The notes: generated by a model not told the origin, from the letters alone. Positions 1 through 9,241 are shown, numbered from the stretch's first letter. The stretch: DNA of 64,000 nucleotides from Christensenella sp. UBA3217 (GCA_002363545.1 DEWF01000010.1:80412-144411); one strand, 5' to 3'. Numbers and translations are program-made.

Positions 1-2
1 TT

Positions 3-1475
3 GCGCTTACCACAGCGCTTTTGTCCGTTTATTTCGGATGGGGCACTTCCGCCGTGTATTTGAAAGTGCGTAGTGGCGATACGGCGCTTTCCGCTCTTAC
101 GAAAGACCAACCCATGATCATTAAAAGCGATATTACTCTTGCCAAGGGTGTGGATAGTTATTCTGCCAAGATAGGGGGTGAAAACCACGTGATCGCACTG
201 TCCGCCCCCTTTGCCGAACGCTTTTCGGGGGAAATCAGGGACGTGACTTTCTTGCTCACGAAGGACTTTAAGGGGGATGCCGTCATATTGGAAAACAGCG
301 GCGCCTTATTAAACGTTCGCGTGATCGCGGAGGGAGAATGGGAAAAGGGCGGTGAGTACGTTTCCGCTTTGGTGGCGGCAAACAAAGGGAAGATCACCTC
401 CTGCTCGGTGCAGGCGGATCTCACGATAGGGGGCGATCAAAGGGGTAACTGTTACCTCGGCATGATCGCCGGAAAGAACGAAGGGGTCATTCAAAACTGC
501 CTTGCAAAAGGGAGTTGCACAGCGGAAAACGTGGACCTTGCCGGCATCGTGGGGGAAAACCTTTCGGCAGGCAGTGTGCACGATTGCACGGTGGAAATGA
601 ACCTCACCCAACGTACTACGCTACAGGGATGGAACCCTAACGTGGCGGGCATTTGCGATACCAATCACGGTGTGATCGAAAGATGCGTCTTTTCGGGGAG
701 CATCAGCGCGGTCGTGGACGTTTTGGAACTGCAAACGGGCGAGGATGTTTGCTCGGCTTATGCGGCGGGCATCGTTTGTACCAACGTGGGTACCCTTTTT
801 AAGTGCACCAACCAAGGGAGCGTGACAGCCACAGCACATAACGGCGGTGCCTTTGCGGGCGGGATAGTCACCTTTAACACGGTGACCAACGATTATGCTT
901 TGCTGGGAATGATCGAAGGTTGTTCGGGCCTTGGCGAGGTGACCGCTTCTTCTGATTCGTATAACAGCACGGCAGGCGGGGTAGCCGCCGTGAACAACAA
1001 GGGTGCTACCATTCAGTTCTCCCGTCAAACGCAACGGGTAGAGGCGCTTACCCAAGGGGATTATTACGATTATACGGGCGGCATCGCAGGGCAAAGCGGC
1101 GGGCTTCTCAAGGGGTGCTTCTTCGTGGGGACCCTTCCCGAGCAGGATCAAGACAGCATCGTGGGTGCCATCGTCGGGTCGTATCATTTGTATTACGGCG
1201 GCAAATACAACGGGCAGGATACTTGGTACACGAACATTTGGGATAACAACGCCTTCGTTTCGGACAGTGCGCGCACGAGCGGTGCCGTCGTCAGTGACAC
1301 CTCCGATGTGTTCGGGTTGCGTGGGTATGACGGATTGCGCGCATCCATCACCTATTCGCGATACTATTTTGAGAATACGGCAGGTTATGAAAAGTACGTG
1401 TCGGAGTTGCTTGACGCAAACGTGAAGCCGGTCACACTCGAAGAGTTAAAAGAAATGGAGATCTATTATGAGTAA
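3..1475 (+). CDS. Cell-surface repeat protein with GLUG-like G-rich repeats; 5' end cut by window edge
   Basis: The frame is open to base 3 with no upstream stop. Repeat cores recur (AGIVGEN, VAGICDTN, AAGIVCTN, AGGIVTFN, AGGVAAVNN, TGGIAGQSGG), each followed by G-x-I/V-x-x-C turns as in GLUG/adhesin beta-helix repeats. Confidence 0.55.
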   Translation, partial: ALTTALLSVYFGWGTSAVYLKVRSGDTALSALTKDQPMIIKSDITLAKGVDSYSAKIGGENHVIALSAPFAERFSGEIRDVTFLLTKDFKGDAVILENSGALLNVRVIAEGEWEKGGEYVSALVAANKGKITSCSVQADLTIGGDQRGNCYLGMIAGKNEGVIQNCLAKGSCTAENVDLAGIVGENLSAGSVHDCTVEMNLTQRTTLQGWNPNVAGICDTNHGVIERCVFSGSISAVVDVLELQTGEDVCSAYAAGIVCTNVGTLFKCTNQGSVTATAHNGGAFAGGIVTFNTVTNDYALLGMIEGCSGLGEVTASSDSYNSTAGGVAAVNNKGATIQFSRQTQRVEALTQGDYYDYTGGIAGQSGGLLKGCFFVGTLPEQDQDSIVGAIVGSYHLYYGGKYNGQDTWYTNIWDNNAFVSDSARTSGAVVSDTSDVFGLRGYDGLRASITYSRYYFENTAGYEKYVSELLDANVKPVTLEELKEMEIYYE

Positions 1476-1680
1476 GGCGCTTATGAAATGGATATGGATG
1501 CTTGTTGCGGGGGGAGTTTTATTGCTCTTTTTCGGCGTGATGCTACTCATCTCTTACCCAACGGCGGCATCCTTCGGCGTGCTTCCCGTGTGGGCGTTTT
1601 ATCTTGCGGGCGGCATCGTTTCTCTGTTCTTTTTTGCCATGGCGGCATTTTTCTTGGTAGTAAGCAAAAAAGGCAGTTGA
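1468..1680 (+). CDS. Small two-TM membrane protein (hypothetical)
   Basis: 70 aa, almost entirely hydrophobic in two segments. Its ATG overlaps the upstream stop (ATGAGTAA), which suggests translational coupling. Confidence 0.5.
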   Translation: MSKALMKWIWMLVAGGVLLLFFGVMLLISYPTAASFGVLPVWAFYLAGGIVSLFFFAMAAFFLVVSKKGS

Positions 1681-1732
1681 CGAAAAGAGGGAATCGTATT
1701 ATCATTTTGCATATAGGAGAAAAGCCGAAACG

Positions 1733-3871
1733 ATGACCAAAGTGGTGCTGGATGAACAAACCTTAACGGATAAGGTGTTAAAAACCTATTCGGAGCAACA
1801 GAGCGAAATGATCCTTCGCGCCTTTTCTCTTGCCAAGAAGGCGCACGAGGGGCAGTTCCGTTTGTCCGGTGAACCGTACATCATCCATCCCTGCCACGTG
1901 GCAAACATCTTGATCGATCTCGGCATGGATGCGGAATCGGTAGCGGCGGGCTTTTTGCACGACGTGCTGGAAGATACCGAAGTTACGCGCGAGCAACTTA
2001 TCGAACAGTTCGGTGAAGGGGTGGTCTCCCTTGTGGAAGGGGTGACCAAACTCAACAAATTGCAATTTAAGAGCAAGGAACAAGCGCAGGCGGAAAACCT
2101 TAGGAAGATGCTTCTTGCCATGGCAAAAGACGTTCGCGTGATCATTATTAAGTTTGCGGATAGGTTGCACAATATGCGCTCCCTCTCCTTCAAACCCGAG
2201 GACGCGCAGGTGGCAATCTCAAAAGAAACCATGGAGATCTATGCTCCTCTTGCGGCTCGCTTGGGTATGTCGCAGGTGAAAGGGGAATTGGAAGATCTTT
2301 CCATGCGCTATCTCTATCCCAAAGAGTATTACGAACTGGTGAATTTGATCGCCTCCAAAAAGGAGCAGCGTGACGAATTTGTGAAAAACGTTACCGAGGA
2401 ACTTCGCGTCAAGCTGGAAGAGATGGGCATCCATTTTGAGATCAACGGGCGCGCCAAGCACTTTTACAGCATTTACCGAAAGATGCAAAGGCAAAACTCT
2501 TCCATTGATCAGATCTATGATCTGGTGGCTATCCGCATCATTGTGGATACCGTAAAGGATTGCTATAACGTGTTGGGCCTCGTGCACTCCATGTGGACGC
2601 CGCTTCCCGGTCGTTTCAAGGATTACATTGCCATGCCTAAAGCCAACATGTATCAATCCTTGCACACCACGGTGCTGAACAGTTACGGAAATCCGTTTGA
2701 AGTGCAGATCCGCACGAGCGAGATGCACCGCTTGGCGGAGTACGGTATCGCGGCGCATTGGAAGTATAAAGACGGCAAGACCGATCGCACGTTGGATGAA
2801 AAGATCCGTTGGATCCGCGAGGTGATGGCGTTGCACGAAAGTGACGTGGAAGATAGTGCGGAATACCTGAACTCGCTCAAAACCGAAATGTTTAATGATG
2901 AGGTTTTTGTGTTTACCCCGCAAGGTGACGTGAAAAACCTTCCCGCAGGTTCCACCATCGTGGACTTTGCTTATGCCATCCACAGTGACGTGGGCAACAA
3001 GTGCGTGGGCGGCAAGATCAACATGAAGATCGTTTCGCTTTCCACCAAACTCAAAACGGGTGACATTGTGGAGATCATCACTTCTCCCAATGCCAAACCG
3101 AGCAGGGACTGGTTGCGTTTTGTGGCTTCCCCCTCCACCAAAGCAAGGATCCGTCAGTATTTCAAACGCACGATGCGTGACGAGAATATCCGCATCGGCA
3201 GGGATATGCTGGTGGCGGCTTGTAAAAAAGCAGGGTACAGCGCCAAGGAACTCATGGTGGACGATTGGATCTACGAAACGGTGGAAAAGCAAAGTTTCTC
3301 TTCCGCAGAAGACGTGCTTGCCGCGATCGGATACGGGGAACTCAAAACCAAGCAGATCATAGATAAACTCGTGCACCGCTATTTGCAAACCGTGCCCAAG
3401 GAGCAAGTCAGACCGCAAACCACAAAAAGATCAAGCGGCGGAAACGGCGTGCTGATAGACGGGGAAGACGGCATGCAGGTGCATATGTGTAAGTGTTGCA
3501 ACCCGCTTCCGGGGGACGCCATTATCGGATATATCACCCGCGGCAGAGGGATAAACGTGCATCGCGCCGACTGTGAAAACGTTTCCACGCTGGAAACGGA
3601 AAGGCTGATCAAAGCAGAATGGAGCGGCGTGGCGGCGGGCAAATTCTCCGCCACCCTTTACGTGTTTGCCACCAGCACCGCTGCGATCAACCAAACCACT
3701 GAAGTGTTTAGCGGCATGGGGGTGGAAATGACCCATATCGCCGCCGCGGTGGATAAGGATAAAAACGTGAAGATAGAGGTGACCATCGAACTTGCCGGTA
3801 GGGACGAACTCTTGGCGGTAAAGAACAAACTGTTGCAGATCAAAACGGTCACAGACGTTGTGAGAGGATAA
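1733..3871 (+). CDS. relA: Bifunctional (p)ppGpp synthetase/hydrolase RelA/SpoT (Rel)
   Basis: HD hydrolase motifs (HPCHVANIL, FLHDVLEDT). Synthetase core (DLVAIRIIV, YKDYIAMPKANMYQSLHTTV, EVQIRTSEMHRLAEYGIAAHWKYK). TGS segment (VFVFTPQGDVKNLPAGSTIVDFAYAIHSDVG) and an ACT-like C-terminus. AGGAG RBS. Confidence 0.95.
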   Translation: MTKVVLDEQTLTDKVLKTYSEQQSEMILRAFSLAKKAHEGQFRLSGEPYIIHPCHVANILIDLGMDAESVAAGFLHDVLEDTEVTREQLIEQFGEGVVSLVEGVTKLNKLQFKSKEQAQAENLRKMLLAMAKDVRVIIIKFADRLHNMRSLSFKPEDAQVAISKETMEIYAPLAARLGMSQVKGELEDLSMRYLYPKEYYELVNLIASKKEQRDEFVKNVTEELRVKLEEMGIHFEINGRAKHFYSIYRKMQRQNSSIDQIYDLVAIRIIVDTVKDCYNVLGLVHSMWTPLPGRFKDYIAMPKANMYQSLHTTVLNSYGNPFEVQIRTSEMHRLAEYGIAAHWKYKDGKTDRTLDEKIRWIREVMALHESDVEDSAEYLNSLKTEMFNDEVFVFTPQGDVKNLPAGSTIVDFAYAIHSDVGNKCVGGKINMKIVSLSTKLKTGDIVEIITSPNAKPSRDWLRFVASPSTKARIRQYFKRTMRDENIRIGRDMLVAACKKAGYSAKELMVDDWIYETVEKQSFSSAEDVLAAIGYGELKTKQIIDKLVHRYLQTVPKEQVRPQTTKRSSGGNGVLIDGEDGMQVHMCKCCNPLPGDAIIGYITRGRGINVHRADCENVSTLETERLIKAEWSGVAAGKFSATLYVFATSTAAINQTTEVFSGMGVEMTHIAAAVDKDKNVKIEVTIELAGRDELLAVKNKLLQIKTVTDVVRG

Positions 3872-3873
3872 AC

Positions 3874-3904
3874 AAAAACGGTTCCCAAGCGGAACCGTTT
3901 TTTG
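3874..3904. terminator. Bidirectional rho-independent terminator between relA and ribU
   Basis: Stem CGGTTCC/GGAACCG (3879-3897) flanked by an A-run and a T-run, between convergent genes. Confidence 0.8.
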
Positions 3905-3908
3905 TGTT

Positions 3909-4487
3909 TTATTTTTGCGTATCGTTGCTTTGAGGGGGGATATGCCTAGGCTCCTCGTAAAATTGATTTTTTCCGATCACCGATGCAAACGCTCCGTTGC
4001 GCGAGGTGGCAAAAAGCAATAAGTTGGCAAGCACTGCGCCCACTCCGCCTTGAATGGCGTTTTCCGGCACGCCGGTAAAAGCCACCACGGCGTTTCCTTT
4101 CATGACCCAAGAAGCAAAGAAGTAGCCCGTTATCATCTCCACAGCCGCAACGACGCAGGCAATGGCGGAAAGGGCAAAGCGATTCCATTTTGTTTTTTTC
4201 AAAACCGGGAACAGCATTCCCGCGATCCCGCCTTCCAGCCCCTTGATCAGAAAGGTGGGAAGAGCCCAATGGGCGTAGCCCGAGATCAAATCGGCAAGCG
4301 CGCTTCCAAGTCCACCTGCAAGAATGCCGCCCGGCGGGCCGAACACCACACCGCAGAAGAGTACGAGTGCGTCCCCAAGGTTAATGTATCCATCGGTGGC
4401 TACCGTTGGAATACGTACGACGAAAGTGCCAACTGCCACCAGTGCCGTCATCAAAGCGTATTTTGCTATGGTTGCGGTTTGTCTCAT
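3909..4487 (-). CDS. ribU: ECF-transporter S component, riboflavin-specific (RibU-like)
   Basis: 192-aa polytopic membrane protein typical of ECF S components. It sits directly downstream of an FMN riboswitch. No ecfA/ecfT genes are adjacent. Confidence 0.7.
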   Translation of the reverse strand: MRQTATIAKYALMTALVAVGTFVVRIPTVATDGYINLGDALVLFCGVVFGPPGGILAGGLGSALADLISGYAHWALPTFLIKGLEGGIAGMLFPVLKKTKWNRFALSAIACVVAAVEMITGYFFASWVMKGNAVVAFTGVPENAIQGGVGAVLANLLLFATSRNGAFASVIGKNQFYEEPRHIPPQSNDTQK

Positions 4488-4690
4488 ACCTCCTCCTTTC
4501 GTTTCCTTGGGGAGAAGGGGAGGAAAGATCGCCGCAAAAAAAGTGCGACGAAAGATCCCTTTTTCTTTCCCATTCAGACTTTACTGGCGGTCGCGGGATC
4601 TCACCGCGTCAACTGTTGGGGCTGTCGGACTCGTCTGCATTTGCAGCATTACCGCCGGTCGGTTTCCCTGCCCAAAGAAAAACGGTTATT
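4488..4690 (-). promoter_or_regulatory. FMN riboswitch (RFN element) with expression platform
   Basis: The minus strand reads TTTTCTTTGGGCAGGGAAACCGACCGGCGGTAA...GGTGAGATCCCGCGACCGCCAGTAAAGTCTGAATGGGAAAGAAAA. P1 is TTTTCTTT/AAAGAAAA. Conserved RFN blocks GGGCAGGG, CCGGCGGTA, GGTGA.AT.CC and AAAGTCTG.ATGGGA are present. A downstream TCCTCC tract can pair with the GGAGGA RBS. Confidence 0.8.
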
Positions 4691-4767
4691 TATTACCTAC
4701 CCACAGGATAGGTTGCGTTAATCATAACACTCCAAAGAAGGATTGTAAAGGATTTTGAATATGATCG

Positions 4768-5469
4768 TTATATTTTTTTACTGATGACTTCTCCCGTGAC
4801 GGGGTCAAGCAACAGCGCCCAATAATCCGAAGAGGATTTAATGAAAGAAACGTAGTAATAATAGGGCTGGTCGGCGTCCGCAAGGGCGTTCACAAGTTTG
4901 ATATAGATCTCACGGTTAAGGTTGCCGGTATCACTTTCTGCCCGGATCACTTCGGCAAGTTCACGTTCCGCCACGGAAAGGATCTCACGCCAACTGAGCG
5001 CACCTTCCGCTTTGTTGGTAAGGGAGATCTCGCTTTCCATGATCCCTTCCGCGATCACTTTTACAGACACTATCTTACCGATGGCTTTCGTATCCGCTAC
5101 TTCGGCGGAGAAGGAGGCGCCGATCACGTCCTTTGCCAAGTTGCCGCTCCTTTCTCCCGTTTCCCCTTGCAAAAGATAGGTATAGGTATTATTAAAAAGA
5201 GAAGAAGAGAGCGGGGTGACCGTCAGCGTGGCAAAAGGAGTCATTTCCCCAACCTCGCCGTCGATCACAATGATCTTTTCCGCCTCACCTGTCACAAAAC
5301 TTACGTTAAAGTTTTCGTTTGCGCCCACGTAAACGGCGTTATGGTAGGTGCTAACTCTCTTTTCCAAGCCCGTTTTGCCGCTCTTTTTGTCGGAACCGTT
5401 GCAAGCGGTAAAGAGGCTGATGCCCATAATAAGCAAAAACACGATGGTGACGATAAATGATTTTTTCAT
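4768..5469 (-). CDS. Lipoprotein, PepSY-like C-terminus (hypothetical)
   Basis: The start is taken at MKKSFIVTIVFLLIMGISLFTAC (lipobox LFTAC). The longer ORF start at 5499 lacks signal-peptide logic. The C-terminus (YWALLLDPVTGEVISKKI) resembles PepSY ends. Confidence 0.6.
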   Translation of the reverse strand: MKKSFIVTIVFLLIMGISLFTACNGSDKKSGKTGLEKRVSTYHNAVYVGANENFNVSFVTGEAEKIIVIDGEVGEMTPFATLTVTPLSSSLFNNTYTYLLQGETGERSGNLAKDVIGASFSAEVADTKAIGKIVSVKVIAEGIMESEISLTNKAEGALSWREILSVAERELAEVIRAESDTGNLNREIYIKLVNALADADQPYYYYVSFIKSSSDYWALLLDPVTGEVISKKI

Positions 5470-5540
5470 ACTGTTCCCCCGAAAAAAAGTACTATACATT
5501 ATGTTGCCGTAAGGGAATTTATGCCGCAGGGATATTTGAC

Positions 5541-5569
5541 TTGATAATGCGCGCTTTTTTTATTATAAT
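5541..5569 (+). promoter_or_regulatory. Sigma-A type promoter of hflX (TTGATA-17-TATAAT)
   Basis: TTGATA at 5541-5546, a 17-nt spacer, TATAAT at 5564-5569. The ATG lies at 5576, only 6 nt after the -10 box. Confidence 0.55.
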
Positions 5570-5575
5570 AAGGTT

Positions 5576-7132
5576 ATGATACATGGCAATACGGACGGTA
5601 TAAAACGGGCCCTGTTATGGCGCCTTGAAAAACATCTCGGCTTTACCGATAAGTCTTCCTTCGTCAGTGAGGAAACTCTTGCCGTTATCACCGAGTTTAC
5701 GCAGGCAACGGGACGGGAAGTTTCGGTGTATTTGAGCCGCACGGGCAGGGTGGAAGCCATTTCGGTGGGGGATGCCGTAAAGGTGGATGCGTTGGCACTC
5801 GGAAAACGCAGAGGGGAAAACTCCAAAAGCAAGATCCGCGTGATCCATACCCATCCCAAGGGATCTGCGCGCCTTTCCGCGGCGGATCTTTCCGCCTTAA
5901 AAGAAATGCGCTACGATTGCTTGGCGGCAGTTGGCGTATCGGCGCAGGGCGCAAACAAAATGGAAATAGGTTACCTTGCTCCCACGGGGGTAAAGATCAT
6001 AGACGTATCGCTGGATGGTATGGACCACGCTGCTTTGCTGGATATGATCGTGGAGTGCGACACCGTGGGTAAAGCCCGCGGCGCCGTAAAGGAAGAGATC
6101 AATTCGCGTTGCATCACGGTGGGCGTGGGGGATGAAGAATCCCTTTACGAACTCAAACGCCTTGCCGAAACCGCCAATTACGAGCCTGTCGGAAGGATCA
6201 TGCAAAAGCGCACCACGGTGGATTCTACCTATTACGTGGGTAGCGGTAAGATCGATGAGATCGCCATGGAAGCGCAAATCAAGGATGCCGCTATCGTGAT
6301 CTTTGACGTGCCGCTCAGCGCCGTTCAGCATGCCGCCATCAGCGAAAGGTTGGGGCGCAGAGTGATAGACCGCGGCACCTTGATCTTGGAGATCTTTGAA
6401 AAGCACGCCACCACCGCCGAAGGCAGGTTGCAAGTGGAACTTGCGCGCTTAAAATATACCCTTCCCCTTCTCGTGGGACAGGGGGAGAGCATGAGCCGTC
6501 AGCGCGGCGGATTGTATGCAATGGGCGGTGCGGGTGAAACCAAACTGGAAACGGATAGAAGGCATATTCGCCGTAGGATATCGGAACTAACGGAAAAACT
6601 GAAAGCCTTGGAAGAGGGCAGAGATCTCCGCAGACGCAAGCGCAAGCAAAGCGGCATCAAAAGCGTGACCTTGCTGGGGTATACCAACGCGGGAAAGAGC
6701 ACTTTGATCAACGCCATCAGTCGTTCCGACCTGTATGCGGAAAACAAATTGTTTGCCACCTTGGATAGCGTGAGTCGTAGCGTATGGACGGAAGAAGGAA
6801 ATTACGTAATGACCGATACCGTCGGGTTCATTCGCAATTTGCCGCACACTTTTGTGGAGGCTTTTAAGTCCACTTTGGATGAAGTGCGTTATGCCGATCT
6901 TTTGATCCACGTGGTGGACGCCTCTTCTCCCGAGATGGCGGCACAGATCGCCACGGTGGAAGAAGTTATTCGTGAGATCGGAGCGGAAAAAGTGCCTCTC
7001 ATCACCGTTTACAACAAGGCAGATAAGGCGGAACGTGAAGAGGGGAAACTGTATATCAGCGCCAAGTTCGGAGAGAATTTGGAAGTGTTAAAGCAAAGGA
7101 TAAAACTTGCCCTGTTTGGGGAAAAGGAGTGA
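5576..7132 (+). CDS. hflX: GTPase HflX with an N-terminal RadC/JAB-like extension
   Basis: HflX N-domain and linker (GSGKIDEI, DRGTLILEIFEKHATTAEGRLQVELARLKY). G motifs GYTNAGKST, DTVGF and NKAD. The extra ~170 N-terminal residues carry HTHPKGSARLSAAD. Confidence 0.9.
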   Translation: MIHGNTDGIKRALLWRLEKHLGFTDKSSFVSEETLAVITEFTQATGREVSVYLSRTGRVEAISVGDAVKVDALALGKRRGENSKSKIRVIHTHPKGSARLSAADLSALKEMRYDCLAAVGVSAQGANKMEIGYLAPTGVKIIDVSLDGMDHAALLDMIVECDTVGKARGAVKEEINSRCITVGVGDEESLYELKRLAETANYEPVGRIMQKRTTVDSTYYVGSGKIDEIAMEAQIKDAAIVIFDVPLSAVQHAAISERLGRRVIDRGTLILEIFEKHATTAEGRLQVELARLKYTLPLLVGQGESMSRQRGGLYAMGGAGETKLETDRRHIRRRISELTEKLKALEEGRDLRRRKRKQSGIKSVTLLGYTNAGKSTLINAISRSDLYAENKLFATLDSVSRSVWTEEGNYVMTDTVGFIRNLPHTFVEAFKSTLDEVRYADLLIHVVDASSPEMAAQIATVEEVIREIGAEKVPLITVYNKADKAEREEGKLYISAKFGENLEVLKQRIKLALFGEKE

Positions 7133-7135
7133 AAG

Positions 7136-7573
7136 ATGATCGTAAAAGTTAAAAAGACGGATGCTCGTGCAAAAGTGCCCACTTACGGCTCGCTCTCGGC
7201 GGCGGGGGCGGATCTTTACGCCGTAATAGAGGGTAATTCCCTTACGATCGCGCCGGGTGAAACAGCCATGATCGGCACCGGACTTGCCTTGGAGATCCCC
7301 GAGGGATACGTGGGACTCGTGTACGCTCGCAGCGGGCTTGCCACCAAAAGAGGGATTGCTCCCGCAAACAAGGTTGGCGTTATCGATTCGGATTACCGCG
7401 GAGAGGTAAAGGTGGCGCTTTATAATCATTCCGCCATTCCGCAAATCATTGAAGCGGGGGAACGCATTGCGCAACTTGTGATCGCTCCCTATTTGACCGC
7501 ACAGTTTGAGGAAGCGGAAACGTTATCCGATACCTCGCGCGCAGGCGGCGGCTTTGGTTCCACGGGTAGATAA
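7136..7573 (+). CDS. dut: dUTP diphosphatase
   Basis: Trimeric dUTPase motifs AGADLYA, ARSGLATKRGI, GVIDSDYRGEV, RIAQLVI and GGFGSTG. GGAG RBS. Confidence 0.95.
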   Translation: MIVKVKKTDARAKVPTYGSLSAAGADLYAVIEGNSLTIAPGETAMIGTGLALEIPEGYVGLVYARSGLATKRGIAPANKVGVIDSDYRGEVKVALYNHSAIPQIIEAGERIAQLVIAPYLTAQFEEAETLSDTSRAGGGFGSTGR

Positions 7574-7589
7574 AAACGGTTATAATAAG

Positions 7590-7621
7590 AGCACCGCGCG
7601 TTACGGCACGGTGCTTTTTTA
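7590..7621 (+). terminator. Rho-independent terminator after dut
   Basis: Stem GCACCG/CGGTGC followed by TTTTTT. Confidence 0.75.
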
Positions 7622-7686
7622 TTCAACTTTTATTCTTTCAACAGTTGTAAATGGTTTTTATGTTGGTGCGTTCCGCTCCCCCGCGA

Positions 7687-8214
7687 TCAGCAATCCAGCA
7701 AGTTGTCGCATAGAGCGCTGTAAACGGAACCCGCGCGGTTTTGCCAATTTTTATAAATGTAATCGGCGGTTTCTCTGCTTTCCACGATCATTTTCAGTTC
7801 CACCAAAGCGGCGTTGCTTCCCGGCTTCAAGATGCGCAGGTGCACGGTGTAAGTTTGGTCGCTGTTTTTATAGTAGTCGCTGATGTACTCCTGACGGCGG
7901 CGGTACTTCATGCGATCGTTCTTCACCGAAGTGTTGATCTCTTCACGCAGGGAGATGGGAATACGGGTATAAAAGTTTGCCAGGCACATTCTGCCATCCG
8001 GGGTGATGGAATAGGTGATCTTGTTTTGCACGGCTTTCTTTTGCACGAAAGAAACCTCTTCCAAGGCGGCAAGTGCGTCCTTGCAATCCATATAATTCAT
8101 CCAATCGTGATCGCTCGTGCAAAGATCGGTCAGGACGTCCTCTTCCAGAGCCACGTCCATTTTATCCATTGCGTATAAAAGAATGAGTTTGATCAAAGTG
8201 GAATCGCTTGCCAT
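7687..8214 (-). CDS. DUF4364-like putative winged-helix protein
   Basis: 175 aa. The N-terminus (LIKLILLYAMDKMDVALEEDVLTDL) and overall size match my recollection of the clostridial DUF4364 family. Last gene of the rpsT operon. Confidence 0.45.
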   Translation of the reverse strand: MASDSTLIKLILLYAMDKMDVALEEDVLTDLCTSDHDWMNYMDCKDALAALEEVSFVQKKAVQNKITYSITPDGRMCLANFYTRIPISLREEINTSVKNDRMKYRRRQEYISDYYKNSDQTYTVHLRILKPGSNAALVELKMIVESRETADYIYKNWQNRAGSVYSALCDNLLDC

Positions 8215-8225
8215 TTTATACCTCG

Positions 8226-8966
8226 TTAAATCAGAGCGTAGAGGGCAAGAAATTCCGAAATGTCGCTGAATTTACGCTCTGCTTTCTTGTAGCCTGTTAG
8301 GGCGAGCTTCATGCCCGTCCAAACGGTTTTGATCAGTTTGAGATCCCCTTTTTCAAGGGCGTAGTATAACCCGTCCGTTAAAAAGATCAGGTCATCTCTC
8401 TTCTTTTGGGAGAGTTTGTTATCTCCGCAAAAAACAGTTCTCAGTGCGGCAAAAAGGGGTGCGCCGCTTTCCAATACGGTATCGTTCACCACGGTTTGCA
8501 TCTCGTGATCCAGCCCTTGGTCGGTGCTGTCAATATCGTACAGGAAGGACTGCTTAAACGCTTTTTTGTAAGGAAGCAATACGTTTTCGCAAAAGAGCTT
8601 ATACCTGCCGTTGTTATCCGGGGCAGGGCAAAAATCGCGCATAAAAGAGGTCAACGATCGTGTCCCCGTATCAAAATCACGGAGAAGACCGGTGACCAGC
8701 GCAATGATTCTTTTATTGCTTTTGGGAAGAAGGAACAGATAACCCGTATCATCGCGCCCAACGGCGGCGGTGAGCTCCGATTCGTAATCCACCCCTTTCT
8801 TGCAATCGGTAATAAATGCCCGCAATTGATCGCTGAACACCAAGCACCTTAAAAGGTCCGTTATGGGCTTTTGCGTGATGATAAAGTTGCTGTTGATCAG
8901 AGCCGTAACGGCCTCGTCAAAAAGACGATAGGCATCTTCTTTGGTGTGGATCTTTACCTCGGGCAT
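8226..8966 (-). CDS. Hypothetical protein, no recognisable motif
   Basis: 246-aa ORF starting 8 nt after the rpsT stop on the same strand. Coding-like composition. Confidence 0.5.
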   Translation of the reverse strand: MPEVKIHTKEDAYRLFDEAVTALINSNFIITQKPITDLLRCLVFSDQLRAFITDCKKGVDYESELTAAVGRDDTGYLFLLPKSNKRIIALVTGLLRDFDTGTRSLTSFMRDFCPAPDNNGRYKLFCENVLLPYKKAFKQSFLYDIDSTDQGLDHEMQTVVNDTVLESGAPLFAALRTVFCGDNKLSQKKRDDLIFLTDGLYYALEKGDLKLIKTVWTGMKLALTGYKKAERKFSDISEFLALYALI

Positions 8967-8974
8967 AAAGGGAA

Positions 8975-9241
8975 TTACTTCTTTATGGCGTTCAAAGACT
9001 TGTTGAGAGAAGCGATCTTACGAGAAGCGGTGTTGATATGATAAACGCCGTCGCTCTTTGCCTTGTTGATAACGGACACGGTGGCGGGGAGCAGAGCTTC
9101 CGCGGCAGCCACGTCACCCGCGGCGATCAAAGCGTTGAACTTCTTAACTGCAGTCTTAACTTCGGAGCGGATCGCTTTGTTGCGAATATACTCTTCTTTG
9201 GTGATCAGTACGCGCTTCTTTTGAGATTTAATGTTAGGCAT
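8975..9241 (-). CDS. rpsT: 30S ribosomal protein S20
   Basis: MPNIKSQKKRVLITKEEYIRNKAIRSEVKTAVKKF is a typical S20 N-terminus. 88 aa. AAAGGAG RBS. Confidence 0.95.
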   Translation of the reverse strand: MPNIKSQKKRVLITKEEYIRNKAIRSEVKTAVKKFNALIAAGDVAAAEALLPATVSVINKAKSDGVYHINTASRKIASLNKSLNAIKK

